This document shows, one piece after another, positions 1 through 12,561 of a stretch of DNA of 36,099 nt. The DNA is from Octopus sinensis (taxonomy: Eukaryota). Both the position numbers and the translations under genes were made by a program. How positions within the stretch are numbered: position 1 is the stretch's first letter; every line of letters starts with the position of its first letter. Under the pieces are notes generated by a model. That model had not been told where the DNA came from and did no database searches. It saw only the letters and a list, made by a program, of their open reading frames with translations. The stretch spans positions 1 to 36,099 of the forward strand of contig NW_021826211.1 in assembly GCF_006345805.1 (NCBI RefSeq), written 5' to 3'.

Positions 1-271
1 TATTCATACGTACAGGTATAAAGTTACACATGTATATGCACACATGTGTGCACGCTCGTGTATGTATGGATACGCAAATTATATTGCAGTTTGTCTGATC
101 TGATCCCAAATAAATCCTGATCAAGCTGGCTTTGGATGAAAATCAGGAAGCTTTAATTATCTCGCCTATATAGCATATATTATGCAGTAGCCAGCGATGT
201 ACATATTAGTCTATATATGGGATTATGATTATATGTGCAATTTCCATAAGACATGTATGTGTCTGTTAATT

Positions 272-287
272 TATCTATCTATCAATA

Positions 288-376
<89 letters not shown>

Positions 377-381
377 CTATC

Positions 382-438
<57 letters not shown>

Positions 439-480
439 ATCTGTCTATCTATCTGTCTGTCTCTATCTATCTATCTATCT
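272..480 (+). repeat. (TATC)n microsatellite abutting the 5' end of the Tx1-like LINE
   Basis: Imperfect TATC tandem array read directly; the ORFs 197..493 and 253..549 (IYLS repeats) derive from it. Confidence 0.97.
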
Positions 481-3231
481 CAATTCCACATAGTCAGCTA
501 CACGGATCACAAACTTGTGACATGTACGCTAGACTTAGGTGACACTTAGGCAGGGTCCCGGATACTGGAACTAAACGCTTCTTTCCCATCGAGCAGGTTT
601 TCAGAGACCGGATTAGCACACTAGTAAAGAGGCTTTGACGGGAGCCATCATCAACAAATGGTGGTTGCCCTCAAAGAGCAGTAAAAGCAGAAGCGATTAG
701 TACAGCAAAGCACTAGCCATAGAGTTGAGGGTGAGCTAGTTAAGAAGCTAGAAGAGGCAATTAGAAGCGGCATCGCCCTCGACCAACACTTCAACGCCAA
801 ACACGAAGGATGTGCTGTCAGAGCTAGGATGCGTGCTCTAAGGAACGAAGGTGTTGGAGCCGCGAGAGAGGCCCGGGTGGCAGAGGCGCAACAGGGCAAC
901 AAAGCCACCATTCGGTGGCGCGAATTGCTCGAATGGTGCGAATTGCTCGAGCCAAGTAAAATGTGTGAGGCCTTTCAGCAGCATTTTGCCCGACTGTTCG
1001 GGACGAGTGGAGGGCAAGAACGTAGGGTGGACTTCAGTGCCTACCTACATAGCCTACCACGACTCTCGACAAGAAAGGCAGGGTGCTGCGAAGGTGCCAT
1101 CACGGGCGGCGGAAGTGCAGGAGGCGATGGCAGAATGCTCGAGGGACAAATCACCGGGTTTTGGATGGTCTACCCTACGAGCTTTACAATTGTATGCCAG
1201 ACTTGTTTGGAGATCTCTTGGCGGCGGTGTACTGCAACTGGCAGCAACACGGGAGCATTCCTGGTTTTGTGAGCCGAGGAGCCGTAACACTGCTGAAGAA
1301 AGATCTAAACAAGGGAAATGTAATAGATAACTTTAGGCCCATCACTCTGCTTAATGCAGACTTGAAAATTTTGGCCAAGGTGCTAGCGAAGAGGTTGGCG
1401 CTTGTCATCGAGAAACTGGTCGACAAGGCGCAAACATGCGCCGTGCCAGGCCGGACCATCCATGACAACCTCCACCTGATGCGCTACATCATAGACAGGG
1501 TAGTTAACGAACCTGGCATGGGTGGGGTGCTGATCAATTTGGATCAATCGAAAGCTTTCGATAGGATAGACCATCGATACTTGGAGGCGGTCCTCGGAGC
1601 GGCTGGCTTCGGTCCCGTCTTCCGCGGCTGGATAGCCGCTTTGTACAGAGGCATCCGTTAGGTAATTCGCGTGAATGGACATCTATCGAGACCCTTCGAC
1701 ATCGCACGTTCGGTCCGTCAGGGATGCCCCCTCTCGTCGCTTCTATACGTATTGACTCTCGAGCCATTATTGCGGAAGCTGGCAACTTTGAGGGGAATCC
1801 CGCGAGAACTGGGATGCGGGACGAGCGTGTCTGCATACGCGGACGACGTCACCGTCATAGTATCTAGCCACGAGCACATCGAGCAGGTCGGCGAGACACT
1901 GAAAAACTACGAAGCGGGTGACAGGAGCGAAAATCAACGGGAAAGTCAGTGGGCTTGCGACTAGGCACCTGGAGAAGCAAGCCCATGCCGTCCACCAGCG
2001 CCTCCGTCGTGGGACGCTGGACCGACGGCCGGTGAGTTGCTCGGGGTCTGGTTTGGTCCGGACCTCCAAGTGGAGAAGAACTGGAACGAGATAACGAGTA
2101 GGGTGGTCACTCTCGCCCGGCAATGGGCCGAGAGGAAACTGTCCCTAAAAGGTCGGGCGGAGGTGGCGAACACGTACATCGCGTCCGTCATCTACTACCG
2201 CCTGACCGTCGTACCTTGTCCCGACCCTACCATCACCAAACTACAACGCATTCTCTTTCGCTTTGTGGAAAGGATGCGTCCCGATGGTCAGGCGATCCAT
2301 TTGCTGTCAAACACCCGTTTTAAAAGGAGGCTGGGCATGCCGTGGTTGATGATGCGCAGAAACGTGCTGAGACTGCGACATCTCTGGCTCTATGTAGACG
2401 ACGGTGAACAGTGTGGGTCGCCGTTTGTGAGGCACGCTTTCCCGCAGCTCGTCTCCATGACCGAACTGCAGTCGTGATCAAAAAGAGGCCGAGGAAGGGC
2501 GATTGGCACCGCGAGTGTCGCGTTGCTCTCAAGCAACTCTGCCGTCCCGGGACGACCTTGAGTGACTTCAACACAACCAAAGCATTCTATAGGGGATTAG
2601 TGGAGGGGAGGTACGACGACGAGCTCGGGGCGCGAACCTGGACGTCGACAAGGAGTACCTGACCCGCCTGTTCATAACGACTTTCGGGCCAGGGCCCATG
2701 GACAACTTCCAGAGATCCCTGGCCTGGCAGTGCTACCGAGAAGCGCTACCCGTTCGGGATAAGCTCTACAGACACGGCTCGAAGAAACACGGGGCCGACC
2801 TGCCCGAGATGCGGTCAGAGCGATGAAACCGTTCTGCACGCACCTCGTGCAGTGTCCAACAATTTCCGACCTGTGGGCTTATGTCGAAACAACTGCTGTC
2901 ACATGTGGACGAGTCGGTTTATCAGCTGAGTCTATCGTCAATATGGTCACGCCTCCTTCCTTCAAACGGGAAGGAAGCTATTTTCATCATCCTTGTGGCT
3001 ATGGCGAAAGAATGTATCTGGTGGACCGCGTCTGAAAGGATTGGAGACAAACACTTTCCTCTTGGTCAATCTCTCATCAACTTCTTCAAGTACCACTTGA
3101 AAAGGAAAGTGAGAGTAGAGAGGCAAGTTTTGTCTAGCGAATGTTTTAAAAAAAGATGGGTGAATGTAGCAAGGATGGCACGTATGAATGACGAAGCCAC
3201 CTTGAGCATAACCTATGAACCCAGAAATTGA
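481..3231 (+). pseudogene. Disrupted ORF2 (endonuclease tail, reverse transcriptase, CCHC knuckle) of the Tx1-like LINE
   Basis: Pieces in ORFs 851..1330 (KSPG), 1083..1661 (GLPYELY, NFRPITLLNADLKILAKVLAKRL, LDQSKAFDRIDH), 1671..1964 (VRQGCPLSSLLY, YADDVTV), 2037..2477 (LGVWFG), CPRCGQSDETVLHA-LVQC at 2801-2855, and 2881..3231. Several frameshifts and stops. Confidence 0.92.
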
Positions 3232-3666
3232 AAACAGAGGGTTACCCACTTGCAAACAAATGTGGGTAACATATAACAATATGACCAAGGTTACCGTGGT
3301 CTTTTCGTAGGCTTTTTCCCACGGATAAACCTTACTTGCTTTCCCCTTTACACCATATATCATAACACTGTGATACACGATCCCTATTGATCGTTTTTTT
3401 TTTTCCTCTTCCCCTTTTTTCCCCTTTTTTTCTTTTTTCATTCCTCTTTCCTTTTGTTCCTTTTCCTTTCTTTTTTTTCTTTTTATTCCTTTTATTTATT
3501 CAAATTTTTTTTTTGTTCTTTTCTTCCCTTTACGATCCCTCTTGATCGAAAAACCTACGGCCACCCTTTTTTTCTTTTGTTTTTGTTCTCTTCATCCCCC
3601 AAAAGAAAAGCTCTACCTTGTAACTTGTCCCATCTGTGTGCAGCCCTGTGTGGCCAATAAAGAAAC

Positions 3667-3667
<1 letters not shown>
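481..3667 (+). mobile_element. 5'-truncated non-LTR retrotransposon, L1 superfamily, Tx1-like
   Basis: Begins in the endonuclease C-terminus (SYTDHKLVTCTL), then frameshifted PGYWKLNAS (557-579), RT motifs, a C-terminal zinc knuckle, a pyrimidine-rich 3' UTR and AATAAA at 3656-3661 directly before (TATC)n. Clade call is by motif recognition. Confidence 0.9.
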
Positions 3668-3746
<79 letters not shown>

Positions 3747-3884
3747 ATATATATATATGGTTATCCGTAATAATGAAGGGTGAAATTAATTAATTTGGAA
3801 TAATTATCAATTACACCAAGTAGTCTTCTACTTATATATATATATATATCAATCTCTCTGTCTATCAATCTCTCTGTCTCTCTC

Positions 3885-3927
<43 letters not shown>

Positions 3928-3952
3928 ATCTATCTATCTATCTATCTATCAC

Positions 3953-3989
<37 letters not shown>

Positions 3990-4050
3990 TATCTATATAA
4001 TCTATCTATCTATCTATCTATTATCTCTATCTATCTATCTATCATCTATC

Positions 4051-4082
<32 letters not shown>

Positions 4083-4135
4083 GTCTGTCTGTCTGTCGTC
4101 TGTCTGTCTGTCTGCTGTCTGTCTGTCTGTCTGTA
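3668..4135 (+). repeat. Compound microsatellite region (TATC)n, (TA)n, (TCAA)n, (TGTC)n with a short unique insert at about 3760-3830
   Basis: Read directly. Confidence 0.93.
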
Positions 4136-4862
4136 TATGTGAAATTATATATGAAAATGATTTTTCATTACACTGGAAAAACAGGCAATCCTATTTCAAC
4201 AGATTACATATTAATACAGGTTTATAAGGTAAACGTTGACAGTGGCTTCAAATCTTTAACTTGTTCATGCGAAAATTGACAAGCAGATTCAATAGCGCAG
4301 GGATATTTGGTGATTCTTTAAATAAAATGCCCTGAGAGACTTCTTCTGCCCCTTTAGGCATTGAATTCAGATCTCATCCGGGGCAAACATTGCAGTACAA
4401 AATCCAGGTCGATAAAGAAGCTACGAAACGAAAGCGGTTGCAGCCTTCTAGCTCTTCAACCTGTCACATCATGGAATTTCTACTGGGGTCGCAGTGGGAC
4501 AAACGAGAGTACGTCTCTGCCTGTTAGCGAAAGCATGGCATGTGTGAATATATTATATATTTTGTGTATTTAGACTTTAAATATATATCATGCGGTTTTT
4601 GTATACTTAGTAATATCAGTGTTCAGTGAGAGTTTACTTTGCAGTTGCTCATGTTTATACAGCATATCTGTTTCTGTATATAACATCCGAGAGCTTCGCA
4701 CGCGCAAGCAAGAACATACACACACACACCTGGTATGATATAGGTAACTATATCATAACGCACAAAAGCATTATATGAAGAGAAAGAGAAGGAAATATAT
4801 ATTGTCTACGCTGGCATGTCTAGTTTATCTTCATGTGGCGTCTATTCATTTAATTCTCATAT

Positions 4863-4896
<34 letters not shown>

Positions 4897-4900
<4 letters not shown>

Positions 4901-5095
4901 GGTCCCGTGTGTCCGGGGTTAACCACAGTAAGTAAGGTACTCAATACATAGCAGAGTAAAATTAATTTATTATATAGAAGGTAGCTTCTACAGGACTAGT
5001 ACTGTTTCATTCATAGATCTTCAGAGAAGCTCCGGAGATTTCTCTTGAATGAACAGTACTAGTCCTGTAGAACGCCTTCTATATAATAAATTAAT
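4897..5095. mobile_element. (TA)n-flanked cassette containing a ~135 bp palindrome made of two head-to-head HHR-like copies
   Basis: Arms 4961-5013 and 5046-5095 are near-perfect inverted repeats. Minus strand reads CTGAAGA (5024-5018)...GAAACAGTA; plus strand reads CCGGAGA (5032-5038)...GAACAGTA. Stem I is not evident. Confidence 0.55.
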
Positions 5096-5103
5096 ATATA
5101 TAT

Positions 5104-5140
<37 letters not shown>

Positions 5141-5195
5141 TTACACATACATACATATATCATACACGCACATACATACAGCTATGCATAAACAC

Positions 5196-5227
<32 letters not shown>

Positions 5228-5296
5228 GCGCATATTATATATATATATATATATAATATACATATATATATACTTATATATATATACATACACACA

Positions 5297-5337
<41 letters not shown>

Positions 5338-5372
5338 GAGAGAGAGAGGAGAGAGAGAGATAGATGATAGAT

Positions 5373-5442
<70 letters not shown>

Positions 5443-5445
5443 TAT
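5095..5445 (+). repeat. Compound microsatellite (TA)n/(CA)n/(GA)n/(GATA)n
   Basis: Read directly. Confidence 0.95.
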
Positions 5446-6112
5446 GGAAATGGTTATATAAACAACTATTTATGTCTTGAAAATGTGCTTAGATTATGTT
5501 TATATTTATGAGTGCCGATGCATCTCTGGCCGCATTCTATTATCTAATGTTTGCTACCAAACCGATCTAAGACAATATCAAGAAGCTGAATGCTAATTAT
5601 ATCAACTCGAATAATGACGCCAATGATTATGACAATAATGCTGATGGTGACGATGAAGATGATGGTAAATAAGTCATGGAAACGAAACAAACAAGATTTG
5701 CGTCTCTTTTAATCCACCCAAGAGTATTTATTCAGTGATATCTCTTTGATCCACCGTGACACGCACACGCATCTTTAGACAGACAACATGATGCTTCGGC
5801 ATCGTTTTATATTTTTTATTATGTACTAATCGTTACGATTTTGTTACACTCACACAGACACTCACACACACACTCACACATGCACACATTATCTATCATT
5901 TTTACCCTTTACTTATTTCAATTATTGGACTACGGCCTTGCTCGAGCTCTGCTTTATCGGTTTGGTTGCAGACTGAACCTGAAAAGACGCGGTTGCAAAG
6001 TGAGCCTTTTAACGACACGGCCAGGCTCATGTGTATGCGTGTTCTTCTGAGTATTTTCTAGAAATTCTTTTGCATTCATCTATTTTGTTTGTACACAAGA
6101 AACATGTAGGTC

Positions 6113-6147
6113 CCTATATATATATATACATACATATATATTTATAT

Positions 6148-6227
<80 letters not shown>

Positions 6228-6365
6228 GTACCAGCAAATAAATTTGCAAATAAAACAGACCCTGTGCTCTGAGACAGGAGATTGCTAGGAGGCAAAAGGC
6301 ATGCTCTAAAAATCTACCTGAACACGTCACGTCAAAACATAGAAACTCGTATCTTTATATTGTCG

Positions 6366-6449
<84 letters not shown>

Positions 6450-6490
6450 TAGTTTATCTAACTATCTATCAATTTATCTATCTATCTATA
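6113..6490 (+). repeat. (TA)n (about 6113-6223) and (TATC)n (about 6368-6490) microsatellites
   Basis: Read directly. Confidence 0.93.
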
Positions 6491-7066
6491 TGTGTGCGTG
6501 TGCATATGTATGTGTATGTGTGTGTAAATGTATCCATCAGCGTATCGTATGTGATTATACACAATTTCTCAATCAAGGCATCAGTCATCTCGAGGATATA
6601 TTTTTAAAGTGAAATTCTGACAAACAACACAACCATACGTACGACTAGATAAATCCGACCGAGAAATACCACCTATTTCGTAACCCGTGTTGGTGGTGGA
6701 AGTGGTGATGGTGATGGTGATTGGTTGGTTGGCTGATAACAAGTAAATTTGTTTCCTGAGAGGGTCGCAGAGTCATTTCAACGCAAAATGCATAAAATAT
6801 AAAGAAACCAAAAGTAGCCAGTCACACAAATGATGTCGAAATGCCGTTTTGGGTGGTTTGTTGAATTCACTGGGAGCTTGATTCGCTGTGTTTCGTTACA
6901 CATGAAGTCTATAGAAAGAATTATTTCTCCGTGACTAAATCCTACAGCGAATGCCTTTCACGTTCTGCTGTGTAAGAATGTTACAAATAAATGTACACAT
7001 CTGTTGAGCGACCGTCGCTACTTATACTTAACAGTAACTATGTTTTACGTGTGACGGAACAGCGCC

Positions 7067-7123
7067 ATGTTTGAAGAAGATGAGTTTCAGCCGTTTATTA
7101 AATCTTGGAATGATGGAATCAAA
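7067..7123 (+). CDS. Candidate first coding exon of an unidentified host gene (MFEEDEFQPFIKSWNDGIK)
   Basis: GCC-ATG at 7067 inside a microsatellite-poor stretch with frequent CpG; possible phase-0 donor AAA|GTCAGT at 7124. No homology or transcript support. Confidence 0.25.
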
Positions 7124-7759
7124 GTCAGTTTCAATATGAATTTCGGACAACATGGTTTAAAAACAAAAAAGACAAATATACTAGTCAAATAGTCTAACTG
7201 TTTATGTATAATACGTTGCTATCGTAATACAAATACTTACAAACGTCCGTATTTGTATAAAGTCTAATATGATACTCCGAAAACAACATTTGTTTCCAGA
7301 GGCGTATGCTGGTTGTTTTTACAAGATATGATGTTACCATATTGAAACTACTAATCTGACAAACGAATTACTCAAATATAAACATAAGGCCGTTACATTA
7401 TTTCTATACATACGGCGATTTCAGCTTCACTTAGTTATTGGTTTTGAGCGTATGTGTAGTATTAGAATCGAAAATAAATTACGACCAGGTTATGGAATGA
7501 TACATCAAGAAGAGAAATATTATTATAATGGAAATTTACTATCTTTCGGTGTCTATGCAGCTCTCACCTCGCACCAAACCAACACTGTACCCACAAAACT
7601 GTTTCCTATATTAAATTAAGAAACCACAAACGGCGTATGCATTCGAAGAAGTATGTGTTTGTGAGCGAACGAGAGAGGGAGAGAGAGAGAGGGGGGGTGG
7701 AGAGGGGGAAGAACGTTTGGTTATGTTAGTAGTGTAATTAATCGCATTATTTAATTAAT

Positions 7760-7940
7760 TACAGAAAGTGGTGGTTGAGTGGAAAAGTCGGTAGGGGTTT
7801 TGGAAAAATGCCTTTGGGTATAGAAATACGAATATGTACGCTCTGAGTTCATATCCCACTGTGTTCTTCCTTGCCGTTTCATACTTCCGTGGTTCAATAT
7901 AATAAAGTAACAGTAATGACCTGGGGTAAAATTAATCCAC
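7760..7940 (+). mobile_element. Highly degenerate tRNA-derived SINE (third family)
   Basis: A-box-like GTTGAGTGGAAAAGTCGGTAG and B-box-like CTGAGTTCATATCCC; the body resembles a common octopod SINE from memory. Confidence 0.45.
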
Positions 7941-8394
7941 TGATATACCGCCCCCGCCCGCCAGCCACACTCCTTTGCGACGTGTTGCTTATGTTTGAAA
8001 TCCATATTTAGCAGTGTACCTTTTAGCTCTGAGTTCTAGCCTCATCCAAGTCAGTTTCGCATTTCCTGTTTCTGCCGATCATTAATTTAAGTACACACAT
8101 GATCAACGGGAAGAATCGTTAGCGCGTCGAACAAAATTTTTTGCAGCAATTTTATTGACTCATTACATTCTAAGTCATATTTAAGCCTAGTTCGAATTTG
8201 CCGTTGTTTCTTTACGGTGTCGGTAAAACAAGTACCTGCTGAGCAAAGTTGCTGGCCTTGTCCTGAATTTAGACATAGTTGATTTAAGTACCAGTGAACT
8301 TTCTGGTACGGAAATAACTAGTTTCAGGCAATCCGAAGGCTATATATATATATATATATTTATATATACATACATTTATTCTTTTATTTTTTAA

Positions 8395-8596
8395 TTTCTT
8401 TCAGTCATTTGACTGCGGATATGCTGGAGTACCGCTTTAGTCGAACAAATTGACCTTATCACTTACTCTTTGTAAACCTAGCACTTATTCTATCGGTCTC
8501 TATTACCGAACCGCTAAGTTACGGGGCTGTAGTATATAGACCAATATCGGTTGTCAAGCGATCGTGGGGGACAAACACGGACACAGAAACACACAT

Positions 8597-8644
<48 letters not shown>

Positions 8645-8798
8645 CGAAAGACTTCTTTCAGTTTCCGCCTACGAAATCCACTCACAATGCTTTGCTCGGT
8701 CCGAGGCTATAGTGGTGGACACTTGCTCAAGGTGCCACGCAGTGGGACTGAACTCAGAAGCATGAGGCTGGTGAGCAACCTACATAAAACAGCCACAA
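8395..8798 (-). mobile_element. tRNA-derived SINE family 1, near full length, with internal CA/TA microsatellite
   Basis: Reverse complement aligns by eye with the 25811-26150 copy (B-box GAGTTCAGTCCC, TTGAGCAAGTGTCC core, 3' CCGCAGTCAAATGACTGAAA). Confidence 0.9.
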
Positions 8799-8804
8799 AG
8801 TTAG

Positions 8805-8821
8805 ATAGATAGATAGAGAAC

Positions 8822-8853
<32 letters not shown>

Positions 8854-8935
8854 AGAGAAAGAAAGAGAGACAGATAGAGAGACAGATAGACAGGAACGGA
8901 GAGGTAGAAAGAAAGCGAGAGAGAAAGAGAGAGAG
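8805..8935 (+). repeat. (GA)n/(GATA)n/(GACA)n purine-rich microsatellite
   Basis: Read directly. Confidence 0.9.
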
Positions 8936-9589
8936 GTAAGGACATGGGCACTGGCGTGTTACTCCTTTGTTCCATCATGTTTTTGTTTTCAGCAAAATAT
9001 GACGTCACACTTTTGGGGAAATCAGTAGATACACGTCGCAGGGCCAATTGGGTAAGCAAAGAAGCCATCAGACACTTGATGAGGTGCATTTCCTGGTTGC
9101 ATCAATAGAGTGAGGCCATGTGCAGCTGAATAATGAAATTGATGGAACATGTGAAATAAAGGAATATCAAGACCATGCCCGTGTCCTTTTCTCTTGTTAT
9201 GGCTGTGCTCTTTGTATTAGGCCACTGCCCAACTTCACATGCAGACGAGAATTGCAGACACAAGACAGGTTATAAAATAACTTTCCTAGACACGTGTCTC
9301 CACTGCATGTAACTGATATTAGCCCGTATCTTTATAATATGCATATATATTCTCAGAGATGGATATATGCAAAACATATTTAAACACATACGAATAAGTG
9401 TGTATTGGTTTGTATATGTGTGTATGTATGTCAATGTATATATAAATACATATGTGTGTGTATGTGTGTGAGGTTGTGAGTGTGTGTAAAAGAAGATCTA
9501 TTTTTGTGTAATAAAGTATTTATGCACCAGATACACGAAACATTAAACTAAATCTCACACACATAAATCACTAACAGAAACATGTAGCT

Positions 9590-9753
9590 GGATGTAGATA
9601 TATATATACGTGTGTATCTGTGTGTGTGTGTGTGCCTGTGTGTTAGTAAATATACGTACTTATATTTATATAAATACACACACACATACACACATATATA
9701 TATATATATGTGTATGAATATATAGGTCTGTATGTATATGTTTGTATCTGTAA

Positions 9754-9834
<81 letters not shown>

Positions 9835-10241
9835 TGTGTGTATGTGTGTGAGAATGTTTATTTCCCTCGCACCTAGACGGTTACACATTTACACCTAAAC
9901 CACTAAATAAATCTATGAATTTCAAATATTCTGAACGTATCTAACATTGGGAATTGTAATTTACAAGCTTAATTTAACCAAGTGAGGATTTCTCCAAATA
10001 TGGCGATGAACATATGCAAAACATATTCCAGCACACACGTATTCGTGTATATTGGTATAGATATGTGTATGTGCGTAATACTTACATACATACATACATA
10101 CATATGTGTGTGTGTGTGTGTCTGTGTGTGTGTGTGCATACATGCATTCATATATATGTTTAGTGATGTAAATGATTATATGTATGTGTACTTACACAGA
10201 CACACAGATATAAAAGTGTTTGTGTCAATATGTAAAAGTGC

Positions 10242-10320
<79 letters not shown>

Positions 10321-10500
10321 CAAGATTACAGCAAGCTTAATACGTAAATGTGAAAAATGTATATTTATTGGCACAAAATACTTGTTAGTCATCAAACATT
10401 CACAAACACACACATACGCACACATCACACACACACACACATCACACTTACACACACATATGTGACACATTAATCAGGCTTATGCATCCTTGCACACACA
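9590..10500 (+). repeat. Interspersed (TG)n/(TA)n/(CA)n microsatellites
   Basis: Read directly; source of many spurious ORFs. Confidence 0.9.
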
Positions 10501-11209
10501 TATCTACAAATATCCTGAAGGTAGACAATGAAAATATATGTCAACGTTCAGAAACATTTAACCTTGTTTTGTCTAACACACAGACGCAAGGTTAGGAATT
10601 AAACACATACACAAGTGCGCGCGTGACAGTGAGTTTGCCGAGTGGTTATGGTTATAGACAGTATGTCTTCAGCAGTCGCTCCGGCTGTGAAGGTGTGTGG
10701 TTTTGTGGGTAGCATGTTGTACTAACGATCTTCCAATTCCTGCACCAAGCGTTGTTTTTCTTTGGAAATCACTTTAATTCGGCGATGTTCGATGGTCCAA
10801 GCCATTCAATCGTGAAGGGCTTTCCAACAACAGATGGGAAGTCAACGGCGCGACGGATTGGCGACACATTCAGAAAGAGATGTAATCTCAGTCACCTACA
10901 TGCCCTGAAGATGGGTTAAACACCATCTTTACAACTGTCATAGCCCAAGACAAAGCTGTTCTGGATATCAATTTTCAGATCCGGTTGAGGTCATGTTCTC
11001 TTTTCGTTCTTCCTTTGTCGATAAAGTAAGAGTCCAGCAGTTGTGCTCGATATTTTTCTATCTGTAAACGTGAGAGGCTACCGAGGTCACACATTGCTCT
11101 AAACCTGCTGTATATCACCGCAGCACTGCAACGTCTCGACGAAGATTCCTGTACCTGAGAATGCAACTAGCAATTTATGGATGTGAGAGGATAGTCATAT
11201 ATATATATT

Positions 11210-11267
11210 CTTTTACTCATTTATTTGTTTCAGTCCTTTTGACTGTGACCATGCTGGAGCATCACAC
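11210..11267 (-). mobile_element. 3'-terminal fragment of SINE family 1
   Basis: TTTCAGTCCTTTTGACTGTGACCATGCTGGAGCA matches the reverse complement of the family-1 3' end. Confidence 0.75.
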
Positions 11268-11319
11268 TTCATATTCCATGTTCTCGTACCTCGTATTTTC
11301 TGTTGTTTATGTTTTATAA

Positions 11320-12033
11320 TGTCCTGTGTCCACATATATGCATATATATATATACAGGCACACACACACAAATATATGTAAGTATGTATGTATATATATA
11401 TGTATATATATATATATATTACAAAAAATGGGACAAGAACGCAAACCATCCAGACATGCACACACAAAAAATCACACGCACATACATACACACACATGTA
11501 CACACGCACATACACTCACATACATATATACACGCGCACACACATACACACACGTACGCAAAAATGAACTCACACATACCTCCCATACACACACAATACA
11601 CACTCATACATACATGCACTTAATTATACATGCATGGACACACACACGTACATACAAGCCCACTCACGCACGCACACAGAGAATAACTTTCATTTACTCC
11701 ACAGACACAACCCTCCACCACAACCTCACGGATACATACATACCCACATGTACACACATACACACACTGCACTCAAAACACACGCACACAGAAACTACCA
11801 GTTAAACACCTTTCTACTGCCCATTCTTCTACGCACATGTGTAGGTAGACACACAACAGAAAGCCACACCTACCAAAATTCTTTCTATAAATTCTTCCAA
11901 CGACCATAAGCGACACTAGTCTCAACGCACACATACATAAACAGCCACAACCACACATACACACAAACGCATATACACGTGCTATCATTGCACACACACA
12001 CACACGCACGCACGCACGCACATATACACACAC

Positions 12034-12080
<47 letters not shown>

Positions 12081-12142
12081 ACACACACACACAAACATAC
12101 ACAGACCTGCGCGCATGCACATACCCAAACATACACACACAT
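11320..12142 (+). repeat. Degenerate (CA)n/(TA)n-rich low-complexity tract
   Basis: Read directly. Confidence 0.9.
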
Positions 12143-12233
12143 ACCTCCTTCTCTTACACTCTACTGTCTCAGAAAGAACTTTTTCTTCACCCATTCCCTT
12201 CCAGTCATTTCAATAAGTGACCATGTGTGTATC

Positions 12234-12400
12234 GTTGGCAATTTTCTTTCTCCGTCTTCCCTTGTTTGAACATTCTCTATATTTCTCATGAAGAGCTCCG
12301 CTCGAAACGTGAAATCCTCTTTCTTTTCTTGCTTTTCCTGAGCGTATTTGTTCTACGTCCTCGCGTTGTTTTTTTCTAGCTTCAATCATGTAATAATATT
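12234..12400 (+). mobile_element. HHR-bearing short element, family A, older copy (may extend upstream to about 12143)
   Basis: Aligns by eye with 14843-15028; ends in (TA)n. Confidence 0.75.
12281..12315 (+). ncRNA. Degenerate minimal type I hammerhead ribozyme motif
   Basis: ATTT / CTCATGA (G5C) / A / GAGC-TCC-GCTC / GAAA / CGT / G / AAAT. Stems I and II pair; core position 5 and cleavage base 17 are mutated. Confidence 0.7.
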
Positions 12401-12458
12401 AATAATATATATATATATGCATATATACATACGTATATTACATACATCTATACGTATA

Positions 12459-12508
<50 letters not shown>

Positions 12509-12561
12509 ATATAAACGTATAGATGTAAGTATGTAATAGATGTATGTATATACAAATATAT

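Noticed and set aside
4734-4757. Small perfect hairpins here and at about 32804-32820 and 33768-33798
   Set aside because: Stems of 10 bp or less are expected by chance in this composition, and there is no associated motif.
6095-6115. GAAACATGTAGGTCCC next to (TA)n
   Set aside because: No upstream core or convincing stem II.
8305-8340. Minus-strand GAAACTAGTT (palindromic helix III-like) at a TA boundary
   Set aside because: Core and stem I are missing, so it is only a possible truncated relic.
10905-10930. CTGAAGA followed by a hairpin as a hammerhead
   Set aside because: No GAAA or NUH follows, and the hairpin sequesters the core itself.
10700-11170. GC-richer unique stretch with ORF 10975..11166 as an exon or TE fragment
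   Set aside because: No recognisable motif in any frame I translated, and stops are frequent; left unassigned.
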